A DNA stretch of 64,000 nucleotides from Eledone cirrhosa (lineage: Eukaryota): assembly GCA_964016885.1 (NCBI GenBank), contig OZ024741.1:369210001-369274000 (forward strand). Direction: 5' to 3'. The notes beneath the pieces are model-generated. The model saw only the letters and a program-made list of their open reading frames with translations, searched no databases and was not told the DNA's origin. Every line of letters begins with the position of its first letter. Within the stretch, counting starts at the first letter, position 1. Of this stretch, positions 28,201 through 40,200 are shown piece by piece. Made by a program: the position numbers and the translations under genes.

Positions 28201-31200
28201 CCAGACACCACTGCCAGTAACATAGAGGAAACTAAATACTGGGCTTTGTCTGGTACCAACCTCATCACTGCAGTGGCCACAATACCAGACACCACTGCCA
28301 GTAACATAGAGGAAACTAAATACTGGGCTTTGTCTGGTACCAACCTCATCACTGCAGTGGCCACAGTACCAGACACCACTGCCAGTAACATAGAGGAAAC
28401 TAAATACTGGGCTTTGTCTGGTACCAACCTCATCACTGCAGTGGTCACAGTACCAGACACCACTGCCAGTAACATAGAGGAAACTAAATACTGGACGTTG
28501 TCTGGTACCAACCTCATCACTGCAGTGGCCACAATACCAGACACCACTGCCTGTAACATAGAGGAAACTAAATACTGGGCTTTGTCTGGTACCAACCTCA
28601 TCACTGCAGTGGTCACAGTACCAGACACCACTGCCTCTAAGATAGAGGAAACTAAATACCGGGCGTTGTCTGGTACCAACCTCATCACTGCAGTGGTCAC
28701 AGTACCAGACACCACTGCCTCTAACATAGAGGAAACTAAATACTGGGCGTTGTCTGGTACCAACCTCATCACTGTAGTGGCCACAGTACCAGACACCACT
28801 GCCAGTAACATAGAGGAAACTAAATACTGGGCTTTGTCTGGTACCAACCTCATCACTGCAGTGGTCACAGTACCAGACACCACTGCCTCTAACATAGAGG
28901 AAACTAAATACTGGGCGTTGTCTGGTACCAACCTCATCACTGTAGTGGCCACAGTACCAGACACCACTGCCAGTAACATAGAGGAAACTAAATACTGGGC
29001 TTTGTCTGGTACCAACCTCATCACTGCAGTGGTCACAGTACCAGACACCACTGCCTCTAGCATAGAGGAAACTAAATACTGGGCTTTGTCTGGTACCAAC
29101 CTCATCACTGCAGTGGCCACAATACCAGACACCACTGCCTCTAACATAGAGGAAACTAAATACTGGGCGTTGTCTGGTACCAACCTCATGACTGCAGTGG
29201 CCACAATACCAGACACCACTGCCTGTAACATAGAGGAAACTAAATACTGGGCGTTGTCTGGTACCAACCTCATCACTGCAGTGGTCACAATACCAGACAC
29301 CACTGCCTGTAACATAGAGGAAACTAAATACTGGGCGTTATCTGGTACCAACCTCATCACTGCAGTGGTCACAACACCAGACACCACTGCCAGTAACATA
29401 GAGGAAACTAAATACTGGGCGTTGTCTGGTACCAACCTCATCACCACAGTGGCCACAGTACCAGACACCACTGCCAGTAACATAGAGGAAACTAAATAAT
29501 GGGCGTTGTCTGGTACCAACCTCATCACTGCAGTGGCCACAGTACCAAACACCACTGCCTCTAACATAGAGGAAACTAAATACTGGGCTTTGTCTGGTAC
29601 CAACCTCATCACTACAGTGGCCACAGTACCAGACACCACTGCCTGTAACATAGAGGAAACTAAATACTGGGCTTTGTCTGGTACCAACCTCATCACTGCA
29701 GTGTTCACAATACCAGACACCACTGCCTGTAACATAGAGGAAACTAAATACTGGGTTTTGTCTGGTACCAACCTCATCACCACAGTGGCCACAGTACCAG
29801 ACACCACTGCCAGTAACATAGAGGAAACTAAATAATGGGCGTTGTCTGGTACCAACCTCATCACTGCAGTGGCCACAGTACCAAACACCACTGCCTCTAA
29901 CATAGAGGAAACTAAATACTGGGCTTTGTCTGGTACCAACCTCATCACTGCAGTGGCCACAGTACCAGACACCACTGCCTGTAACATAGAGGAAACTAAA
30001 TACTGGGCTTTGTCTGGTACCAACCTCATCACTGCAGTGGCCACAGTACCAGACACCACTGCCAGTAACATAGAAGAAGCTAAACACTGGGCTTTGTCTG
30101 GTACCAACCTCATCACAGCAGTGGCCACAGTACCAGACACCACTGCCAGTAACATAGAGGAAACTAAATACTGGGCTTTGTCTGGTACCAACCTCATCAC
30201 TGCAGTGGCCACAATACCAGACACCACTGCCAGTAACATAGAGGAAGCTAAACACTGGGCTTTGTCTGGTACCAACCTCATCACTGCAGTGGTCACAATA
30301 CCAGACACCACTGCCTGTAACATAGAGGAAACTAAATACTGGGCTTTGTCTGGTACCAACCTCATCACTGCAGTGGTCACAGTACCAGACACCACTGCCT
30401 GTAACATAGAGGAAACTAAATACTGGGCGTTGTCTGGTACCAACCTCATCACTGCAGTGGTCACAGTACCAGACACCACTGCCTCTAAGATAGAGGAAAC
30501 TAAATACTGGGCGTTGTCTGGTACCAACCTCATCACTGTAGTGGCCACAGTACCAGACACCACTGCCAGTAACATAGAGGAAACTAAATACTGGGCTTTG
30601 TCTGGTACCAACCTCATCACTGCAGTGGCCACAGTACCAGACACCACTGCCTCTAGCATAGAGGAAACTAAATACTGGGCTTTGTCTGGTACCAACCTCA
30701 TCACTGCAGTGGCCACAATACCAGACACCACTGCCTCTAACATAGAGGAAACTAAATACTGGGCGTTGTCTGGTACCAACCTCATCACTGCAGTGGCCAC
30801 AATACCAGACACCACTGCCTGTAACATAGAGGAAACTAAATACTGGGCGTTGTCTGGTACCAACCTCATCACTGCAATGGTCACAACACCAGACACCACT
30901 GCCAGTAACATAGAGGAAACTAAATACTGGGCGTTGTCTGGTACCAACCTCATCACCACAGTGGCCACAGTACCAGACACCACTGCCAGTAACATAGAGG
31001 AAACTAAATAATGGGCGTTGTCTGGTACCAACCTCATCACTGCAGTGGCCACAGTACCAAACACCACTGCCTCTAACATAGAGGAAACTAAATACTGGGC
31101 TTTGTCTGGTACCAACCTCATCACTACAGTGGCCACAGTACCAGACACCACTGCCTGTAACATAGAGGAAACTAAATACTGGGCTTTGTCTGGTACCAAC

Positions 31201-34200
31201 CTCATCACTGCAGTGGTCACAATACCAGACACCACTGCCTGTAACATAGAGGAAACTAAATACTGGGTTTTGTCTGGTACCAACCTCATCACCACAGTGG
31301 CCACAGTACCAGACACCACTGCCAGTAACATAGAGGAAACTAAATAATGGGCGTTGTCTGGTACCAACCTCATCACTGCAGTGGCCACAGTACCAAACAC
31401 CACTGCCTCTAACATAGAGGAAACTAAATACTGGGCTTTGTCTGGTACCAACCTCATCACTGCAGTGGCCACAGTACCAGACACCACTGCCTGTAACATA
31501 GAGGAAACTAAATACTGGGCTTTGTCTGGTACCAACCTCATCACTGCAGTGGCCACAGTACCAGACACCACTGCCAGTAACATAGAAGAAGCTAAACACT
31601 GGGCTTTGTCTGGTACCAACCTCATCACAGCAGTGGCCACAGAACCAGACACCACTGCCAGTAACATAGAGGAAACTAAATACTGGGCTTTGTCTGGTAC
31701 CAACCTCATCACTGCAGTGGCCACAATACCAGACACCACTGCCAGTAACATAGAGGAAACTAAATACTGGGCGTTGTCTGGTACCAACCTCATCACTGCA
31801 GTGGCCACAGTACCAGACACCACTGCCAGTAACATAGAAGAAGCTAAACACTGGGCTTTGTCTGGTACCAACCTCATCACAGCAGTGGCCACAGAACCAG
31901 ACACCACTGCCAGTAACATAGAGGAAACTAAATACTGGGCTTTGTCTGGTACCAACCTCATCACTGCAGTGGCCACAATACCAGACACCACTGCCAGTAA
32001 CATAGAGGAAACTAAATACTGGGCGTTGTCTGGTACCATCCTCATCACTGCAGTGGCCACAGTACCAGACACCACTGCCTCTAACATAGAGGAAGCTAAA
32101 CACTGGGCTTTGTCTGGTACCAACCTCATCACTGCAGTGGTCACAATACCAGACACCACTGCCTGTAACATAGAGGAAACTAAATACTGGGCTTTGTCTG
32201 GTACCAACCTCATCACTGCAGTGGTCACAATACCAGACACCACTGCCTGTAACATAGAGGAAACTAAATACTGGGCGTTGTCTGGTACCAACCTCATCAC
32301 TACAGTGGCCACAGTACCAGACACCACTGCCTCTAACATAGAGGAAACTAAATACTGGGCTTTGTCTGGTACCAACCTCATCACTGCAGTGGTCACAATA
32401 CCAGACACCACTGCCAGTAACATAGAGGAAACTAAATACTGGGCTTTGTCTGGTACCAACCTCATCACTGCAGTGGCCACAATACCAGACACCACTGCCA
32501 GTAACATAGAGGAAACTAAATACTGGGCTTTGTCTGGTACCAACCTCATCACTGCAGTGGCCACAGTACCAGACACCACTGCCAGTAACATAGAGGAAAC
32601 TAAATACTGGGCTTTGTCTGGTACCAACCTCATCACTGCAGTGGTCACAGTACCAGACACCACTGCCTCTAACATAGAGGAAACTAAATACTGGGCGTTG
32701 TCTGGTACCAACCTCATCACTGCAGTGGCCACAGTACCAGACACCACTGCCAGTAACATAGAGGAAACTAAATACTGGGCTTTGTCTGGTACCAACCTCA
32801 TCACTGCAGTGGCCACAGTACCAGACACCACTGCCAGTAACATAGAGGAAACTAAATACTGGGCTTTGTCTGGTACCAACCTCATCACTGCAGTGGTCAC
32901 AGTACCAGACACCACTGCCAGTAACATAGAGGCAACTAAATACTGGGCTTTGTCTGGTACCAACCTCATCACTGCAGTGGTCACAGTACCAGACACCACT
33001 GCCTCTAACATAGAGGAAACTAAATACTGGGCTTTGTCTGGTACCAACCTCATCACTGCAGTGGTCACAATACCAGACACCACTGCCAGTAACATAGAGG
33101 AAACTAAATACTGGGCTTTGTCTGGTACCAACCTCATCACTGCAGTGGTCACAGTACCAGACACCACTGCCAGTAACATAGAGGCAACTAAATACTGGGC
33201 TTTGTCTGGTACCAACCTCATCACTGCAGTGGTCACAGTACCAGACACCACTGCCTCTAACATAGAGGAAACTAAATACTGGGCTTTGTCTGGTACCAAC
33301 CTCATCACTGCAGTGGCCACAGTACCAGACACCACTGCCAGTAACATAGAGGCAACTAAATACTGGGCTTTGTCTGGTACCAACCTCATCACTGCAGTGG
33401 TCACAGTACCAGACACCACTGCCTCTAACATAGAGGAAACTAAATACTGGGCTTTGTCTGGTACCAACCTCATCACTGCAGTGGCCACAGTACCAGACAC
33501 CACTGCCAGTAACATAGAGGAATCTAAATACTGGGCTTTGTCTGGTACCAACCTCATCACTGCAGTGGCCACAATACCAGACACCACCACATCTAACATA
33601 GAGGAAACTAAATACTGGGCTTTGTCTGGTACCAACCTCATCACTACAGTGGTCACAATACCAGACACCACTGCCAGTAACATAGAGGAAACTAAATACT
33701 GGGCTTTGTCTGGTACCAACCTCATCACTGCAGTGGCCACAATACCAGACACCACTGCCTCTAACATAGAGGAAACTAAATACAGGGCTTTGTCTGGTAC
33801 CAACCTCATCACTGCAGTGGTCACAGTACCAGACACCACTGCCAGTAACATAGAGGAAACTAAGTACTGGGCGTTGTCTGGTACCAACCTCATCACTGCA
33901 GTGGCCACAATACCAGACACCACTGCCTCTAACATAGAGGAAACTAAATACAGGGCTTTGTCTGGTACCAACCTCATCACTGCAGTGGCCACAATACCAG
34001 ACACCACTGCCAGTAACATAGAGGAAACTAAATACTGGGCTTTTTCTGGTACCAACCTCATCACTGCAGTGGCCACAGTACCAGACACCACTGCCAGTAA
34101 CATAGAGGAAACTAAATACTGGGCTTTGTCTGGTACCAACCTCATCACTGCAGTGGTCACAGTACCAGACACCACTGCCAGTAACATAGAGGAAACTAAA

Positions 34201-37200
34201 TACTGGACGTTGTCTGGTACCAACCTCATCACTGCAGTGGCCACAATACCAGACACCACTGCCTGTAACATAGAGGAAACTAAATACTGGACTTTGTCTG
34301 GTACCAACCTCATCACTGCAGTGGTCACAGTACCAGACACCACTGCCTCTAACATAGAGGAAACTAAATACCGGGCGTTGTCTGGTACCAACCTCATCAC
34401 TGCAGTGGTCACAGTACCAGACACCACTGCCAGTAACATAGAGGAAACTAAGTACTGGGCTTTGTCTGGTACCAACCTCATCACTGCAGTGGCCACAATA
34501 CCAGACACCACTGCCAGTAACATAGAGGAAACTAAATACTGGGCTTTGTCTGGTACCAACCTCATCACTGCAGTGGTCACAGTACCAGACACCACTGCCT
34601 CTAACATAGAGGAATCTAAATACTGGGCTTTGTCTGGTACCAACCTCATCACTGCAGTGGCCACAATACCAGACACCACCACATCTAACATAGAGGAAAC
34701 TAAATACTGGGCTTTGTCTGGTACCAACCTCATCACTACAGTGGTCACAATACCAGACACCACTGCCAGTAACATAGAGGAAACTAAATACTGGGCTTTG
34801 TCTGGTACCAACCTCATCACTGCAGTGGCCACAATACCAGACACCACTGCCTCTAACATAGAGGAAACTAAATACAGGGCTTTGTCTGGTACCAACCTCA
34901 TCACTGCAGTGGTCACAGTACCAGACACCACTGCCAGTAACATAGAGGAAACTAAGTACTGGGCGTTGTCTGGTACCAACCTCATCACTGCAGTGGCCAC
35001 AATACCAGACACCACTGCCTCTAACATAGAGGAAACTAAATACAGGGCTTTGTCTGGTACCAACCTCATCACTGCAGTGGCCACAATACCAGACACCACT
35101 GCCAGTAACATAGAGGAAACTAAATACTGGGCTTTTTCTGGTACCAACCTCATCACTGCAGTGGCCACAGTACCAGACACCACTGCCAGTAACATAGAGG
35201 AAACTAAATACTGGGCTTTGTCTGGTACCAACCTCATCACTGCAGTGGTCACAGTACCAGACACCACTGCCAGTAACATAGAGGAAACTAAATACTGGAC
35301 GTTGTCTGGTACCAACCTCATCACTGCAGTGGCCACAATACCAGACACCACTGCCTGTAACATAGAGGAAACTAAATACTGGGCTTTGTCTGGTACCAAC
35401 CTCATCACTGCAGTGGTCACAGTACCAGACACCACTGCCTCTAACATAGAGGAAACTAAATACCGGGCGTTGTCTGGTACCAACCTCATCACTGCAGTGG
35501 TCACAGTACCAGACACCACTGCCAGTAACATAGAGGAAACTAAGTACTGGGCTTTGTCTGGTACCAACCTCATCACTGCAGTGGCCACAATACCAGACAC
35601 CACTGCCTCTAACATAGAGGAAACTAAATACAGGGCTTTGTCTGGTACCAACCTCATCACTGCAGTGGTCACAGTACCAGACACCACTGCCAGTAACATA
35701 GAGGAAACTAAGTACTGGGCGTTGTCTGGTACCAACCTCATCACTGCAGTGGCCACAGTACCAGACACCACTGCCAGTAACATAGAGGAAACTAAATACT
35801 GGGCTTTGTCTGGTACCAACCTCATCACTGCAGTCGCCACAGTACCTGACACCACTGCCTCTAACACAGGGGATAGCTAAATTTCCTTTTTGTGCTAGTT
35901 ACCATTGAGACCTGCAGAATCCTTGATCCTTGGACTACCAATTTCCTTCTCACCAAAGGAAAGAGTCCTGTGAGATGGAATGTCTGATGTAGTAAGTGTC
36001 ACTGGCTTTCCTCTATAGCAATGCTTTCAACATCTTGTCTGTGAAGCACAATTGAGATGTACTGCCCAGCAAAAAGTGTAGAATTTCTCCTCTCTCTTCC
36101 TGTTTGTAAATAATTAGAGCCCTGTTGGAGGGACCCTGTTATATCATGATTTGATATTTATTTGAATATGTTAAAGCATCTACAGACTATGGTAGAGAAT
36201 TTCTGATCTTTTATCTAAAAATTATTTATAATGGTTAGTTCTGCCACATTGTCTTCATAGTTATCTGGAGCAAATAAGCCTGGGGAGCCTCATCTTCTCA
36301 CAGTTATACTCATGATAGTAGTTGAGCTCAGTAGTACAAGCTAATGAAACACTCATAAGTTTTAGAGTATTCCCATTGTTTACAAAAGTGAATTCTAGAA
36401 AGTGATGGCATCTATTGACAGCGAGAGAGATGGAGGCGATGACAGTGGGAGTTCAGCGTTTCTGTGTTCAGACCTGGTGTGCAGCGTCAGTTGTCCGTAA
36501 AGATATAAAGTGGCATGATTTTCCCTGTCCTTTTGTTGTTTGGCTTCTGTAATCAGCCGATACATGTCCCGTCAATTCAATAGGTCCACCTTTAATGTTA
36601 TTATATGTATATTATGCTTCTGTATCTGATGCATTATAAATAATTACATCCATATTTTCATGTCATCAATCAAGTCACTTTTGACATAGACACAGCACAG
36701 CACTAACTACAGGATACTTATTGCTTGTCAGGTAGTCTAGTTGCAACTCTCAACTAAGTATTTGCCAGCATTTATGAGTGAGTGAGTGAGTGTGAGTAAG
36801 TGTGTGTGTACGTGAGTGTGGGTGTGGGTGTGTGTAGTATTTGTACAGAACATAATTCTTCCTTGATGAGGATAAGAAACGGTCAAGTGAAAAAGGTACA
36901 GCCTTACTGTGGTTTGTATCCCATCATTTGTTTCAAAATAGCCTAATTCATCTAGCTCTTAATAGGTGTCATAAAAAGATACAGATCAGTAATATAGGTA
37001 GTAAGGACTTTTACAACTGTTAAATATTTTTGTAGAGCAAAATACGGGGTCGATGGAATAGAGTACTAGTAATGTACTGGGGTTAATTTAATCGGCTTTC
37101 CCCTCCTCCCAAAATTGTTGGCCTTGTGCCTAAATCAGAAACCATTATATTTTTAGTGCAAATATCAAATCATCTTATAGGTCTAGAGAAGGAGAAAAAT

Positions 37201-40200
37201 AAACCACTGGAGTATAATCACCTTTGAATTCCAACATAAAGACAATATCTTCAGCAGTACTCCAAATAATCTACATTATATATGAGACACTATATAACTC
37301 AGAAAGTTTTGAAAAAATAATACTCTCTAATGTAGGGTTTATTTTTTAGTTCATATGAAGATTCTGGACAATTGGCTATAAATCAACTTCAACTAGGAAG
37401 ACAACTCAAGATTAATCTCAGCATATACAAACCTGCTCCTTCAACTTTAGATTTGGATCACATTTAACTAAAATCAGCCTGGATTGCTTTTCATTTACTT
37501 TCCTGTTTGACTGAATACATAAGCCTGATGCAACATGCACAAACTGTAAACAAAAAGAAAAAAAAGAAAAAATGATTTGACAGTACAGCACTTATAGTTT
37601 AAGAAGGCTCATATAAAGCTGTTAATAAGCCCAGACCAGATGTAAAATGTAGGCCCTTCAAAGCTGGTAATAAGCCCAGAATAGGTGTAAAATGTAGGTC
37701 CTTCGAAAGCTGGTAATAGGTCCAGGCCAGATACAAAATTTAGGCCACCAAAACTGGCTACAGGCCCAGGCCAGATGTGAAATGTAAGCTCTCAAACCTG
37801 ATGATAGGTCCAGACTAGATGTGAAATGAAGGCCAAATGTGAAGAATAATTCCTATTTCAAAGTGCTCATTAGACTTTTTAGTCATCAGTACTACATTCA
37901 TGTGAAGGTACATGGTTTAGTAGTTAGAGCATTAGGCTTGCAATCATGAGGTTGTGACTTCAATTCTCAGTCCATGTGAGGCATTGTGCCCTTGAGCAAA
38001 ACACTTTATTTCACATTGCTCCAGTTTACTCAGCTGTAGAAATGAGTTGCGATGTCACTGGTGCTAAGCTGTATTGGCCATTGCCTTTCCTTTGGACAGC
38101 ATTGGTAGTGTGAAGAGGGGAGACTGGTATGCATGGATGACTCCTGGCCTTCCATATACAACCTTGCCTGGACTTGTGCCTCAGAGGGGCAACTTTCTAG
38201 GTTCAAATCCAATGATCATTTGTGACCAAAGGGGGTCTTTACCCTTAATCTTTTTACTACATACATATAATATATAATTTGAAAATGTAAATGTAGGAAT
38301 CTCAAATGCAAAAAAATAACAGTAACAGCTGTTAATCACTATAAATAACAGCTTAGAAAATCTGCTAAAATACCCTTGGAGATGGAAAAAGATGGCTAGC
38401 AACCATATGAGTTACAAGTTTATCACTTGTATAAGTTATCCTGCCATCTTCATCAGTTCAAATTCATTTATAGGTGTGTATGTCCATCATAATTACTATA
38501 TATAGTGGCTCCTTTCAATGAAATAATGGACTTTAATAGAATTATATAGAATACTCTAGAATATCCCTTCTCTTTTACTTAAGTGTACTGGTATCTCAAC
38601 TCTCTTCACCTTCCACCCTCACCATTTACCCCCATACTCTGCTAGACTAATCAAATAGTAGTAGCACCAAGTATCCGTAACTCAAAGTCCAAATAACTAC
38701 TAGATGGTTATCATGGTTTTGATGGTAGGTAGACAAAAAGGTTGGAGGAATTCATCTTGGTATGAACCCATTGTTTGTCTCTGGGTAGCCATGCAAACTT
38801 TCTTCATTTCAGACATGGAAAGCCAATACCAACCCAGCTTCCCTCCACAAGAACACCTTTCCTTCTTTTGGCAAACTCCAAAACTTTGGAGCTGTCACCA
38901 TCAACGTTGGAATGATGAAAGGAAGGTATGGGAGAATGTAGAGATGCTAGAGTGAAAGGAAATGAATGTGTGTTGTGTATAAGAGACTAGATGGAGAATT
39001 CTCATGAGCAAAAGACAATGCTACAAATTTTTCTGGGTAGGTAACACTCATAGGCTGGGTGGAGTAGGTATTCTGTTAGTAGAAAATAGGTAAATAGAGT
39101 AAATGACAGAATCCTTAAAATGAAATTAGTCTTTATAAGAACAACTGTAACATATGCACCACAAATCCTTGATACAGACTCTTTTCATAATGATTGGTGG
39201 TGACTTCATAATCATAGCTGGTGACTTTAATGGACATATCTGGCAACATAGTAATGGCTTCTATGGATTCACGGAGGCTTTCAGTTTGGTACGAGAAATG
39301 AGAAAAGACAGCACCCACGACCCTTTTCAGAACCTCTGTCACTGAAGGAAGGATGGAAAGAAGTTATCTTCAGGCAGAAGTGAATGGGATGCTTGCACTA
39401 CTAAAGGTCCCTGGGGCTAGGTTGTGTTATTAAACTGCACATTAAATAAAATTTTCCATCGATTAAAATCAACTACATACCTGGCCAACAGGTGTTGATA
39501 TCTGATGTCTTGAAAGAGCTGGTGACCGTTTACCAGAATTTGGTAGTAACTATATTTGAAAAAATAATAAGATAAAAATATGTCAATGAAATAATTGTTT
39601 CTACTTTTGGTACAAGGCCAGCAATTACCCCAGTGCATTACTGGTGCTTAATTTTATTGACCCTGTAAGGATGAAAGACAAAGTTAACCTCAGTGGGATT
39701 TGAACTCAGACCATAAAGGCCCGTAACTCTATGCTGCAAAGCATGGCGTCCGACCCTCTACCGATACTGCTAATCCACCCATGTCAATGAAATAATGTTG
39801 ATGTTGTTTAGCTCAACTCAAGCCTGATAAAGCAGATTTCTTATCAAAGGCAATCAAGCCATGACCATCCAGTCTTTTAGAATAGTGTACTCTGTACTAC
39901 ATTATCCACGTGACACTAGAGTATGGTTGTTTGGAGATTTAGCTACTATTTCTAGCAGGTTGAATGACCATGTCAAGGCTCCCTTATCAGCTTGTTTCAA
40001 ATACTGTTATTATGTTCATTCAACCCTTGGTCAGCTCTGATCAGGTAGACCTATGATCAAAGAAATTCCTGCTGCGGCCATCCTACCATTTCTTTCATTA
40101 TCATCATCATAAAGGTCAAGTTATTTTCAGGATTTGTGAAAGTATCTAAATATAGCTAATAGTGGATATAGAATTTTTCTTTGTCTTTTCAAAAATGCAC

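Noticed and set aside
19528-32103. Thioredoxin/PDI repeats suggested by WYCGHC
   Set aside because: 28 aa is far too short for a thioredoxin fold, and CGHC often varies to CDHC/CGHY.
18503-35873. CRISPR-like array
   Set aside because: Units are contiguous near-identical repeats with no unique spacers, no cas genes, and the context is eukaryotic.
18503-35873. Hammerhead satellite (GTGATGAG on minus, GAAAC on plus)
   Set aside because: The core elements are on different strands or mismatched (no CUGANGA with a downstream GAAA in register).
36855-36890. Hammerhead-like CTTGATGAG...GAAACGGTC
   Set aside because: Stem II cannot form; at most a decayed remnant.
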